64,000 nt of DNA from Torpedo marmorata (Eukaryota). The DNA is taken from contig OZ360222.1 of assembly GCA_977017645.1 (NCBI GenBank), positions 124,930,001 through 124,994,000 on the forward strand, in the 5' to 3' direction. Of this stretch, positions 49,345-62,289 are shown piece after piece. The notes under the pieces are model-generated. The model ran no database searches. It was given only the letters and a program-made list of their open reading frames with translations, and was not told the origin of the DNA. Made by a program: the position numbers and the translations under genes. How positions within the stretch are numbered: the stretch's first letter is position 1; every line of letters starts with the position of its first letter.

Positions 49345-51257
49345 ATCTCTGCCTTCTGTTGGTTAATCAATCCTTTATCCATGCTAATCCACTATCTCAA
49401 TTCCATGCATCATTATTTTATGGATTAGTCTTTTATGCAGCACATTATCTTGAAATCTAAGTATACAACATCCACCTGTTCCCCTTTATCCACTGTGCTC
49501 ATTATATACTCAAAGAGCTCCAGTAAACTTGTCAAGCACGACTTGCTTTTCCTGAATCCTGATGGAACAAGTTCCATCTAGATGTCTCACTATTTCTTCC
49601 ATAATGTTGACTTCAATCATTTTTCCAACTACAAATGTTAAGATAAATAGTTATCTGCCTTTTGCTAACATCCTTTTTTAAACAGTGGTGTGATATTTGC
49701 TGTCTTCAAATTCAACAGGACATGCCCAGAGTCCAGAGAATTTTGGTGAATATCACAAATTCTTTGACTGTCATTTATATCAGTATGCTGAAATGCATTC
49801 CATTAAGACCAGGGGATTTATCTAACTTTAAACTTTAGATTGCTCAGCATTACCACTTTAGTGATAGAGATTGTGTCAAGGTCCTCACCTCCCATCGCAT
49901 CCATAACATCTCTCCTTGGCATATCTTCCACCGTGAAACCAACACAAAATAACTGTTCAAGGCCTCAGCCATTTCCGCATTACCCAACATGAATTTCCCC
50001 TTTTCATCTTGCAAAAGATCAATGTTCACCTAAGCCACTCTTTTCTGCTTTATATAATTATTTTTTTTAAATTACTGTCTGTATTTTGTGCTAATGTACT
50101 TTGCCTTGTAGGTTTGGTAACATGCTGTTCAAGAAAGCTATGTCAAGTCAAGTCACCTTTATTTGTCGTTCATTACCATATACACAGTAAGACGAGATAG
50201 CGTTTCTCCAGGACCATGGGCAGATGTACATAAATATCATAATACAATAGAAAAAACTATAACATGCTAATACACATATATATCTAGGCATTGAGGAGCC
50301 TGATGGCTTGGGTGAAAAAACTGTTGCACAGTCTGGACGTACGAGCCCGAGTGCTTCGGTACCTCCTTCCAGATGGCAAAAGGGAAAACAGTTTACCAAA
50401 GGGGTGTGAGAAGTCCTTCACAATGTTTTTAGCCTTCCTCATGCATCGTGTGTTGTAGATGTCTGTCATGGTGGGGAGAGAGACTCCAATAATTTTCTCC
50501 GCTGCCCTCACTATCCTCTGCAGGGTCTTTCGGTCCGAGGTGGAACAGTTACCAAACCAAGCGGTGATGCAATTGCTCAGAATACTCTCAATACATCCCC
50601 TATAGAATGTAGTAAGGATAAATATTAAACCCTCCTCGAGAGTGCCTTGACCAACTTGATTCGCCCAATCAATGTACAAGTTAAAGTCGCCCATAACAAC
50701 TGCCATTGCATTGTTATATGCATCAGATATTTATTGGTTTATTGCCTGTGCCACTGTAATATTATTATTGAGTGGTCCACAGACACTCCCACCAGTGATT
50801 TTCTTCCCCTTACTATTCCTAATCTCTTTCTAAATGAATTCAACATTCTGCTCCTTGGATCTCATATAATCTCTCACTATCACCTAATCTCATCCTTAAT
50901 TAAGAGCACCAGCCCTCACCCCCTCCCTTGCCTTCCTGCCTATGCTCCCGCGTTACCTCATACACTTGGATATTCATTTCCCATTCTTCTCCACCCTGCA
51001 GGCATGTTTGTCTGATGACCAGAAAATCATTCGGCTTCGTAATGATTTGTGCTACAAGTTCACTGATTTGTTTCGCATACTACAGGCAATCAGAAAAAGA
51101 GCCCTTACCCTCATTTCATTTTTAGAATCCAGTAAACTTTGTGTCTTTTGCACTTGTAGTTCTGTACTTAATTTTTACTTTTCTATTTTATAACTTTTGC
51201 TCAGTTCTCTGCATTTCTTCCCTCTGTCTTTCTGCATGTATTCCCATCCCAGTGCCA
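49345..51257 (-). mobile_element. Degraded CR1 ORF2 fragments with Rex1 insert
   Basis: Similar to 600-3470; VVMGDFNLYIDW motif. Confidence 0.8.
50142..50625 (-). mobile_element. Rex1-like 3' fragment
   Basis: FYRGCIESILSNCITAWFGNC, LPSGRRYRS, NSFFTQAIRLLN; (GTCAA)n tail. Confidence 0.85.
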
Positions 51258-51349
51258 CTAGCTAGGGAAAGTCAGAACAGGAAGATAGTGCAGCCAAATG
51301 TGTGGCTGAAAAGATGGTGCAGGAACCTTTTCTGGGGAAGGGGTGACCT

Positions 51350-51466
51350 CAGTGCCGGATTTAGGCATAAGCTAAACAAGCTACAGCTTAGGGCCTCACA
51401 ATCCGCAGGGGCCTCAAAAAATGTCAGAATTTTTTGGGGGGCTTTTAAAATTTTATGTGTACTTAC

Positions 51467-51499
<33 letters not shown>

Positions 51500-51892
51500 G
51501 TTACGCCCACACGAATATTTTCTATTTAGAGCTTCACATTTATTTTATATTTTTCCGCTTTGTATTTTCCGAATTTTGTATTTAATTTCAGGCCATCAGT
51601 AATTTGGAGACTTTTCAACTCACATGCATCACTGCATTCTATTTAATTTAGTTGTGTTTAGCTTTCGATCTACGCATTGGGATTACGGGCTCCGCCCAAT
51701 AGTGTTATTATTCGTTTGTTTACGGGTTCACACCCAAGATCCGATATGGGCCAGGGAAAGAAAGCACCAAAACGTGAGTATAACATTAAATTCAGTATAA
51801 ATATTTTGGCAAATAAAGCAAATAACAAAATAGCACAGGGGCCTCCAAGCTTTATATAGCTTAGGGCCTCACCAAGTCTGAATCCGGCACAG
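51350..51892. mobile_element. hAT-superfamily MITE
   Basis: TIR CAGTGCCGGATT / AATCCGGCACAG (1 mismatch); 8-bp TSD GGTGACCT/TGTGACCT; subterminal GCTTAGGGCCTC repeats; no transposase. Confidence 0.87.
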
Positions 51893-53466
51893 TGTGACCT
51901 GCACAAGTGGGGTGGGTTGCCCTCTGAACTCGAGCGGAACCAATAGCCAGCAGAGACGTTTGCTAATGCTGTTGGGGGGGGGGGGGGTTTAAAACTAGAT
52001 TCGCAGAGGGGAGGGAACCAAAGTGAAGAAACAGAGGAAGAGGTGGTTGGTGCACAGGTAGGGACAGCTGTTAGGGATTTTGTGTGGAAGGACAGACAGA
52101 CACTGCAAAATTGCAGCCAGTGGGATGAGTTGCAATGCAACAGAGACGCAGAGTCAAAAGTAACAAATAAAGGGCTAAAGGTTTGTATTTAAATGCAGGC
52201 CGCATAAGAAATAAAGTGGTAACTTTGTAGTATAGCTACACAATGGCAGGTATGATGTTGTGGCCGTCACGGAGTCGTGGCTAAAGAATAGATGTCATTT
52301 AGAAATTAATGTCCAAGGACACACACTGTACAGAAAGGATAGGCGGGTAAGCAGAGGGTGCAGCATGGCTCTGTGGGTAAGGAATAACGTTAAATCATTG
52401 GAAAGAGGTGACATAGGATCAGAAGATATAGAATCATTGTGGGTTGATTTAAGAAACGGCAAGGGTCAAAAGACACTGCTGGCAGTTATATACAACAAAT
52501 TACAACAGCAAATAGAAAAGGTGTGTCAGAAGGGCAATGTTATGGTAGTCATGGGGGATTTTCACATGCAAGTAGATTGGGGAAAGCAGGTTGGGACTGG
52601 ATGTCAATAGAGAGAATTTGTAGAAAGCCTACGAGATGGCTTTTTAGAGCAGCTTGTTGATGAGCCTATGAGGGGATTGGCTGTACTGGGTTGGGTGTTG
52701 CATAATACTCCAGAGGTGATTAGAGATCTTAGAGTAAAGGAACAATTAGGGGGCAGTGATCACAATATGATTGAGTTCAATCTGAGATTTAACAAGGAGA
52801 AACTAAAGTCAGATGTGTCGGTATTTTAGTGGAGTAAAGGGAATTACAGTGGCATGAGAAAAGAACTGGCCAAAGAACATTGGAAGGAAGCACTGGTAGG
52901 GAAGACAGCAAAGCAGCAAAAGGATGGAGATTCAACAAGAAATGAGGAAGGTGCAGGATAAATACATATAAAAAAAGAGGAAATATTCAAATGGAAAAAT
53001 GTCACAACTGTAGCTGACTAGGGAAGTCAAAACCAAAAGCAAAAAAGGGCATACAAGAAAGAAAAAATTAGTGGAAAGATAGAGGACTGGCAAGTTTTAA
53101 AAAACTTGCAGAAGGCAACTAAAAAACTCCGAAGGGGAGAAAAGATGAAGTACGAAAGTAGGCTAGCAAATAATATCAAAGCGGATACAAAAAGCTTCTT
53201 CAAGTATTTAAAGAGTAAAAGAGAGGTGAGAGTAGATATAGGACCACTGGAAACTGATGCTGGAGAAATAATATTGGGAGAAAAGGAGATGGCAAAGGAA
53301 CTAAATGAGTATTTTGCATCAATCTTCACTGTGGAAGTCATTAGCAGTGTGCCAGATGTCGAAGGGTATCAGGGAAGGGAAGTGAGTGCATTTACTATTT
53401 CAAGGGAGAAGGTGCCCAGAAAGCTGAATAGTCTAAGGGTGGATAAGTCTCCCGGTCATGATGGAT

Positions 53467-55417
53467 TCAGAATCAGAATCAGAATCAGAATTTATTGTCA
53501 TGAACAAGTCATGAAATTTGGTGTTTTGCGGCAGCATCATAGTGCAATTAACATTCATATTAACCATCTTACGAGATTACTATAAAAAAATTATAAACAA
53601 TAGTGCACGAAAAGTAAGGTTATGTCTTTGGTTCATTGATTATTCAGGAATCTGATGCCAGCAGGGAAGAAATTGTCCTTGTGCCGTTGAGTGCTGGTCT
53701 TTAGGCTCCTGTACCTTTTTCCCCGATGGAAGCAGAGTGAAGAGGGTATGGCCTGCGTGGTGGGGGTCTTTGAGGATAGAGGCTGCTTTTTTAAGACACT
53801 GCCTCATGTAGATGTCCTCGATGGAGTGAAGTTTGGTGCCTGTGATGTCACAGGCCGAGTTAACAACCCTCTGGAGTTTACTCTTGTCCTGGGTGTTGGC
53901 GCCTCCATAGCAGGCAGTGATGCAACCAGCCAGAATGCTCTCCACTATACACCTGTAGAAGTTTACGAGAGTCTTTGGTGACATACCGAATCTCCGCAGA
54001 CACCTCACAAAGTATAGCCGCTGACAAGCCTTCTTTGTGATTGCATCAACGTGGATGCTCCAGGACAGATCCTCGGATGTGTTGACACGCAGGAATTTGA
54101 AGTTCTTGACCCTCTCCACTACTGAGCCCTCGATGAGGACTGGGTCGTGTTCCCCTGACTTCCTCCTGAAGTCCACAATCATCTCCTTGGTTTTGCTGAC
54201 GTTGAGCTCAAGGTTGTTGCCATTACACCATTCAACGAGCTGATCTATCTCCCTCCTGTACGCTTCCTCATTGCCGTTTGTGATTCAGTCTCTGCTTGTA
54301 CGCCGGGAGTAGAAGTACAGCCAGGTGATCAGACTTGCTGAAGTGCGGTCGTGGTATGGCTCGGTATGCGTTCTTCACGTTGGTGTAGCAGTGGTCGAGT
54401 GTGTTGGTTCCCCTGGTCTCGCATGTGATGTGTTGGTGGTAGTTTGTCAGTGACTTCTTCAGATTGACCTGATTGAAGTCTCCCACAATGATCGGGAAGG
54501 CATCAGGATGTGCTGTCTCATGGCAGTGCTCAGTCCCTCTAGTGCCAGCCTGACGTTAGCCTGGGGCGGAATGTACACTGCGACCAGGATGATGACGGTG
54601 AACTCCCTCAGCAGATAGAATGGGCGACACTTGATCGCCAGATGTTCCAGGTCAGGGGAGCAGGACTGGGACATGACCATCACGTCTGTGCACCACAAAC
54701 GCCGCCTCCCCTGGTTTTTCCATACGCCGGTGTTCGGTCAGCGCGATGGAGGGTGTAGTCCTTGGGCTGCAGCGCCGTGTCCAGAATGTCCGCGTTTAGC
54801 CACGTTTCTGTAAAGCACATCACGCAGCACTCCCTGATGACCCTCTGATGTTGAAGTCTGGCTTGGAGTTCATCAAGTTTGTTCTCCAAGGATTGTACGT
54901 TGGCCAGGAGGATGGTAGGGAGCGGAAGCTTCAGGTCCCCGCGTCTCAGCTTGACCTGAAGCCCCCCTCTGCATCCTTGTGGTCGGGTCTACTTTACCTG
55001 GCCCATGGGTCCGCTGCTGGTAGTTCCCGCTGTGTTTAAATGGTCCGTGCGCTGTCCCTTTAAATCCTTCGCGATGTTTAAGTGTGCTGAGTGCCTGCTG
55101 TCTGCGACTCCCGCAAAGTTTAAATGGCCCATTCTCTGGCTGTTTAAAACTCCCGCGGTGTTGTTGTTGTACTTGCGTGAGCTGTTTAAAGATCCCGCGG
55201 CCCGACATAGACTGCTTCTTCTGCCGATTCCAAGGTCTGCCAGCGATCTTTGTACATCCATGTTGTCGGGTAAGTTTGATTTTATGTTTCTTATTTTTTG
55301 TTTGATTTTTAGAAGTTCTGAACAGGAATATTTGATTATTCCCTTCAGAGCTCCACACAAAGAGTCGCCGCTGTAAGGCGCCATCTTAGTATTCAGTATT
55401 AGTACTTAGTATTTCAG
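53467..55417 (-). mobile_element. Rex1/Babar-like LINE with intact ends and internal RT deletion
   Basis: 5' AAGATGGCGCC; CFTETWL, DLEHLAIKCRPFYL, GDFNQ, SDHLAV; fused near 54285 to NVSKTKEMIVDFRR and FYRCIVESIL; (ATTCTG)n tail. Confidence 0.85.
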
Positions 55418-55741
55418 CACCCGCAGGTCCTGAAAGAAGTAATGGTAGAGATTGTGGAAGCATTGGTAATGATCTTTCAGGAATCAATGGATTCTGGCAT
55501 GGTCCTGGAGGACTGGAAAATCCCAAATGTCACCCCACTATTCAAGAAACAAGGGAGGCAACAGAAATAAAATTATAGACCAGTTAGCATGACTCAGTGG
55601 CTGGGAAGATGTTGGAGTCGATTGTCAAGGATGAAATTACAGAGTACTTGGAGGCATATGACAAGATAGGCCAAAGCCAGCATGGTTTCCTCATAGGAAA
55701 ACCTTGCTTGGCAAACCTATTGGAATTATTTGAAGAAGTTG

Positions 55742-58700
55742 TGTTATTATGTGTGTATAATAAAGAACTACATTGCCCAGTAAGCAATGCGCGCGGTTGG
55801 CACGGGATCACAAAGGCAGACCACGACGGAAGTCGAGTGCGCTGTGGGTTCAAGGAGCTCGAAAAATAAAGTTGTTTAAGCATTAACACCATGCAAGTTT
55901 GTTCTTCTTCAAGGAACAAACATAACGGTGTCAGAAGTGTGTAAGTAAGAAAAGACAATAGTTCCCGTCATGGATAAGTTAAGTCCTCCCTCACCGATGC
56001 AGTTTATCGGCAATCTAACTGATAATTGGAAACGCTTCAAACAGTGATTCAACATTTATTTAGAGGCTGGTGGAGCGGGATAGACCGATGAAAAACGGAA
56101 AGCGTGATGGGTGAAGATGCCTTGGACATCTATAACAGTTTTAAAATTGATGAGAAAGCTTTCACGTTGGACACTCTGATGACAAAAGTTGAGGAGCATT
56201 TTGTTCCAAGTGAAAACGTCATGTTTGAGAGATTCAAGTTTTTCTCCTGTGACCAGAAACAAGGTATGAGCTTCGACCAATACTTAGCCGAGCTTCACAC
56301 ACTGAGTAAGTCCTGTGAATTTGGAGATTTGAAAAACTCACTCATTAGAGACAGAATAGTTTGCGGAATCCCAGATAATGGGCTTAGAGAAAGACTGTTG
56401 CGTGAAAAAGATTTGACACTGGAAAAGGCTGTGAATATGTGTAGGGCAGCAGAGACCACACGAGCACAAGCTATGGAGCTGCACAGGATAGACACAACAG
56501 TGCATGTGGTGAAAACAGAGAAGCAGAGCACCAGGAATTTTCCCAAAGCTACAGCAAAGCAAAGTGGTGAGCTCAAACAGCAAATGCAGCAGGTGCGGAG
56601 GTAGACATATTCCAAAGATGTGTCCTGCCTATGGAAAGTCCTGCAATAAATGTGGGAAGGAGAATCATTTTGTAAAGTGCTGCAAAGCAGGGAATGCCAA
56701 GAGAAAGGTGCACACAGTGAATGAAGAAATGAAGGAATTCTTCGTGGATTCACTACAGACTGCTGCTGCTGGTAAAATGGAATGGATCGTTCCAGTGACT
56801 ATGAATGAGACAGTAATTCCATTTAAGCTCGACACCGAAGCCCAGGTGAATCTATTATCTATGGATGATTACAAGACCCTCACCATTAAGAGCAAGATTT
56901 ATCCAGTGAAATTAAAAGTGACAGGCTACACTGGAGAGAACGTTCCAGTAAAAGGGGGCTGTATGGTGATCTTCAAACACAAAGGGTGGCATCTAAAGTC
57001 ACAGCTACTGATTGTAGAAAAGAGAGTACAGCCAATCTGAGTGCATGTGAAGAGCTCAACCTGGTGAAAAGTTTTCATAGTGGCTTCACAGACCGAAGAT
57101 GAGCACACAACACTCATGGAAGAGTACGCAGATGTCTTTGAGGGTCTTGGATGTTTACCTGGTGTACACAAGATCCACGTAGATGAGACAGTGGCTCCTG
57201 TTGTCCATTCATGCAGGAAAGTTCCATTTCCACTTAGAGGCAAACTTAAAAAAGAACTAACACGCATGGAACAAATGCAAGTCATACAGAAAATTGAAGA
57301 ACCTACAGATCAGGTCAGCTCACTGGTCATCGTGCAAAAGAAAGATGGAGCATTGCGTATATGTCTGGGCCCAAGAGATCTCAATAAAGCCATCAAAAGA
57401 TAGCATTTTAAATCGCCGACACGGGAAGAAATCATGTCCCGGTTTGCAGGTGCCAAATAGGGGTTTTGGCAGATGAAGCTTGGTAAGGCAAGTTCGAGAC
57501 TATGCACTTTCAATACTCCACAAGGAAGATACCGCTTTCTTCGGCTACCATATGGGATCTTGTCCGCACCAGAAGTCTACCATAAAACCATCCACATGAT
57601 CTTTGAAAGTATACCTGGAGTTGAGACCATGATGGATGACATCATTGTATGGGAGTCCACCAAGAATGAACATGATACGCGACTAACGCAAGTGCTTGAC
57701 ATGAAACGGAATGTCAATTTGAAATTAAATAAAGAGAAATGTGAGTTTGGCATAAAGACACTGACCTTCATAGGACATGTCATACTGAACAGGGAATGAA
57801 GCCTGATCCAAGAAAGACATCAGCCATTGAGAATTTTGTGAGGCCCCAAAACAAAGAGGAGGTGAGACGTTTCTTGGGGATGGTGACTTACCTGGCTAAG
57901 TTCATCCCTCGTCTGTCGACTGTGTCAGCACCACGTAGGTCACTCCTTGAGCAGAAAAATGAGTGGATCTGGTCGCACGAGCAAGAAGAGTGCTTCCATG
58001 CACTCAAAAAAGTCCTAACAGAAGAGCCTGTACTAAACTTTTTTGATCCGGATAGGCGCACCAGGATCTCGGCTGATGCATCCCGACATGGTCTTGGAGC
58101 AGTACTACTGCAGAAGCATGAGGACACATGGCAACCTGTGGCCTATGCATCAAGGGCTTTACAAGTGCAGAAGCCAACTGTGCCCACATAGAGAAAGAGC
58201 TTCTTGCCAACACTTATGCATGCGAAAGGTTCCATCAATACATTTATGGACAAGCTCTTGAAGTGGAGACATATCATAAACCACTGGTCTCAATTACCGG
58301 TATGTCCAAACTACTGAATGACTGTCCCATGAGAGTACAGCGCATGTTGATAAGGCTACAGAAATACGATGTGAAAATGATCTACACGCCAGGAAAATAC
58401 ATGTTTGCAGCTGATGCACCATCTCGAGCAGTTGACAAGAAAGAAAAGAGCGACCAAGAGGTTAATGCAGAGATACAGGCCTATGTTGACATGATTATCA
58501 TCTCATTTCCAGTATCCCGGGATAGAACAGAGCAGATAAGGAAAGCAACAGAGATAAATGAAACAATAAAAGAGCTCAAAGATACAGTACAGAAAAAATG
58601 GCCAGCAGCTAAGAATGACTGTCCAATGGGTATTCAGGATTATTGGGCATGCAGAGATTAACTGTCAGTTGTGAAAGATATGGTCTTCAAAGGGAACAGG

Positions 58701-59488
58701 TTTGTGATTCCAGTGTTGCTATGCAAGGAGATGCTCCAGAAGATACATGAAGGACATCTTGGTGAGGAAAAATGCAAACATAGAGCTTGAGAGGTGATGT
58801 ACTGGCCAAGAATGAACCAAGACATAAGCCAGACCACTGCTTCATGCGAAATATGCCTTACCTATAGACCAAAGCAGCAAGCAAAACCGCTTACACCACA
58901 CCCTGTACATGACAGGCTGTACTTCAAAGTTGGAGTAGATTTATTTGACTGTAATGGGAAGAGTCATATAGTAGTAACAGACTATTTTTCCAACTACACA
59001 GAGGTAGCAACACTGCAGTCAACATCCAGCAAAGCAGTTATCACTTTCATGAAAAATGTGTTTGCGAGGCATGGAGTTCCTTGTAAAGTAGTATCAGACA
59101 ATGGTCCACAATTTTTGAGCAGTGAATTTGAGTCCTTTGCCAATACTTGGGGGTTTCGATGTATAACCAAGCCCACATCACCCAAAGTCTAATGGCCTAG
59201 CAGAGCGTTCTGTCAAGGTAGTGAAGAGCCTCATGAAGAAAGCGCATGATGGACGAGAGGATTTTCACAGAAGTCTAATGATTCACAGAAGTGCGCCACT
59301 ACAGATTGGCCTTTCTCCAGCCCAAATGCTGATGGGTCGATGCATACGGACCAACCTTCCAATGCATGAAAATCTGTTGACACCTAAAGGAGCACACAAG
59401 GTCAAACAGGTTAAAGTGGAAGAGAAAGTAAAACAGAAACAGTATCATGATAAGACTGCGAAAAGCCTAGCAGTCCTGAAGCCTGGAG
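55742..59488 (+). mobile_element. Mag-type Gypsy LTR retrotransposon, degraded, 3'-truncated
   Basis: ~185-bp LTR; PBS GGTGTCAGAAGTG (tRNA-Leu-like); IRDRIVCGI; two Cys knuckles; FKLDTEA; MMDD; ADAS; HEGHLG; VGVDLF; SDNGPQF. Confidence 0.88.
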
Positions 59489-59489
59489 T

Positions 59490-60305
59490 TCTTTTATTTT
59501 TAAAATATTTTTATTGATTTTGTAGAGAGAAATATTACAAGATATATATTAATTACATATTGAATACATAACATTTACAAAATGTAATATAGAACATGAA
59601 CCATAATTATCTAGTACATTGTCTTATGCACAACGATAGATAGAATAGAAAATCTCTTATAAGTGAGGACTTCATATCATATTCTTATATTACAGTACAT
59701 TCATTATTAGTTGTCTAGAGTAAACTCGTCTCTTCTACTTATAGGAAATTAATTTTTAAAAAAAGAAAAAGATAAAAAAAAACCATACTAATCCTACACC
59801 TCCCGCTAACCAAGGTCACCGGCAAATAATATATAGAGAATCCAGTCTCGGCTCTCAGACATCAACCAGGAAACCCTCAACGCATCCTCGCCTAAGTTTT
59901 CAAGTTATGATAATAATCCATGAATGGGCCCCATGTCTTGTCAAATTCAACCTTAACCTCTTTGATATTGTACCTAATTTTCTCCAAACTCAAGCAAGAC
60001 ATAATATCCTGTAACCATTGCATATGAGTAGGTGCTGAACTATCTTTCCATTTCATCAAAATTGCTCGTCTGGCTATCAATGAAGTAAAAGCTAATATTC
60101 TTTTTTGGGTTGAAATCAAGGAAATACCCTCTTCTTGAGAGTAACCAAACAAACAATAAAAGGGCACGGTTCTATTTTAATCTTAAGAATCACTGATAAA
60201 GTTTGGAAGAATTGTTACCAAAATTCTTTTAGTTTTGGACATTCCCAAAATATATGAATCAATGAGGCCTCAAAGATTTTACATTTATCACATAGTGGAT
60301 CAATC
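59490..60305 (-). mobile_element. L1 3' fragment
   Basis: LIARRAILMKWK..LSLEKIRY..WGPF; T-rich tail at left end. Confidence 0.83.
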
Positions 60306-60604
60306 TAATATATATTTGTGCATGCATGTCTGTTTGTCTGTTCTCCTTGCAAATCAATATGGAGCACTCTAAAAATGTCCAAGGAGGTTCAGCAGGGGTA
60401 ACATTTGATGCTGAATGTCATGACCACATTGAATTTAACCTTTAAGGTCATCTGAAATGGCAGGAGGACAAAATGGTGAAAATGACTGTACAGCCTCAGG
60501 GAATTGATATAGCGATTTTTATGAAGTTCAAAAGTGTTTTTTGACCAGCTGAAAGCACTCTAGAAATGTCCAAGGAGGTTCAGTAGGGGTAACATTTGAT
60601 GATT

Positions 60605-61213
60605 TCTTTTCAATTTTATTTATTGATTTTTAAAACAAATAAGGTCAAACAATACAGAGGCAGTCAGTGCAAAAGTATACAATAAGTACAATACAAGGAT
60701 AATAATAAAGAAAATTATAATTACAAATGTCATTAAGTCCCCTCTCAGAAGTAATAATACAAGGAAAGAGCAATCAAGGAATGGCCACATAAAACTGACA
60801 TACCCCCAAAACATAAAAGCAAAGGAAAAAAAAGGAAAAGAAAAAAAAAGGAATCTAAACTACAACTAACTAACTAACAGAAAAGGGGAGGAAATCTAAA
60901 CCCTAATCCATGCGCGTCTGAAACTGGCTAAGATAAAGAAAAAAGAAAGAGTGAATGTTATAAAGCCCGTATTACAATGTCGGAAAGAGGCTCATAAACA
61001 AACCCCATATCCTCTGAAAATTGAGATTCTTATCGAGATTAGAACAACAAATTTTTTCCAATGTCAAGCATGACATCACACAGTTGAGCCAGTGGCGATG
61101 TGAAGGGGGATCAACGTCTTTCCAGTGTAAAAGAATATTTTTTGTAGCAATGAGTGACGTAAATGCTACCACATGCAATTGTGACTTCGTAAGTTCAGAG
61201 TCATTCACTTTAT
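60605..61213 (-). mobile_element. L1 3' fragment
   Basis: LIATKNILLHWK..LTLEKI..IWGLF; T-rich tail. Confidence 0.8.
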
Positions 61214-61358
61214 TGTTACAAATTCAAACCAGCAACAACAGAAGACGCAATGCAAAAGGGGTAAAATTAAAATTTTTATTTATTAAAGACAATTAAACAT
61301 ATAATTTCACAATAATTAACCCCACTATAAACGTCTATAAACACTATTCTTATCTAAA

Positions 61359-61401
<43 letters not shown>

Positions 61402-62280
61402 TGTGTAAAGCCCAGACCATTACAGTCTGTGCCCAACCCTCATGTAAAAATGGAAAAACTTTTCCCAAAAACCCCAGGTCAGTCATAAAAACAAGTGGGT
61501 CCCAAAAATACAGTCCACAAAAATTTACTCTCTATGTTCAGGGTCCAAATTCAGCTCTGTGTGCTGGCAAGAAGGACTTTTTAATGAACGTTGGAGAGAG
61601 AGACAATGACTGTTTATGCTTCCGAATGCTTGGCTTGCTTTTCTTCTCTGATGACTTTCCCTTCTGGTGTTTTCACAAGGATTGCGACTCCAAATCCGTT
61701 TTGGATTGAGGCGTGTACTTGGATCTCACAGCCTGTCTCACTGATCTCACTTCTGTTCTTCACAAAAGCTGCCCTCAACTCAGGATTTTGCTGAATCACC
61801 AAGGCCATGTTTTTGGTTCCAACCTTTTCCCCTGGGATGCACATGCCTGGATTTTTTTCTGATTCAGGAGGCTCTGTGTTCTTCTCCTAACATTTTCTCT
61901 GAGATGCACAAGCCTGGATTCTGCTGAGTTCTCCCGCCTTTGCAACTCCAAAACTGCCACTGATTCAGTTTTCCACGACTGAAATTTAAGGCCTTCCTGC
62001 AGAGGTCTTCACCTGCCTTTTTCAAAAGTTCAACCAAGTATCTCTCTTTTCACAGTCTGTCTCCCCCTGGTGTCTCTCTCTGGTAAGTACAAGAAGTCCT
62101 GGGCAAGTTAACTCTTTCAGTACCAGGTCCCAATGTGTACTCCAAAAGACTTCATCCTTCCTGCTGACCGTCCGCAGTCCAAATGGTCAGTCATGGTCCA
62201 TAACACCTCCCACCCACAAAGAAAATTTTGGTCTGCAAGAACAAAATTTTGAAAATTGAGGTGTTACAATATAAACAAAA
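61214..62280 (-). mobile_element. 3' LTR (61214-62205), PPT and ~75 bp of internal sequence of a divergent Gmr1-family element
   Basis: Same termini as the 20077 LTR; CCTCCCACCCAC (PPT reverse complement) and match to 25065-25142 follow; cut by CR1. Confidence 0.88.
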
Positions 62281-62289
62281 CCCACAATA

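Larger units (their letters stand above)
51258..55739 (+). mobile_element. CR1 (ORF1 end, endonuclease, RT start), interrupted by MITE and Rex1, cut by Gypsy at 55740
   Basis: AVTESWL, VMGDFH, DKSPGHDG then HPQVLKEV after the insert, QHGF..CLANLLELFEEV. Confidence 0.87.

Noticed and set aside
49345-55739. Head-to-head CR1 pieces at 51257 as one 5'-inverted insertion
   Set aside because: Both sides cover the same endonuclease-RT region with clearly different sequences, so they are two elements.
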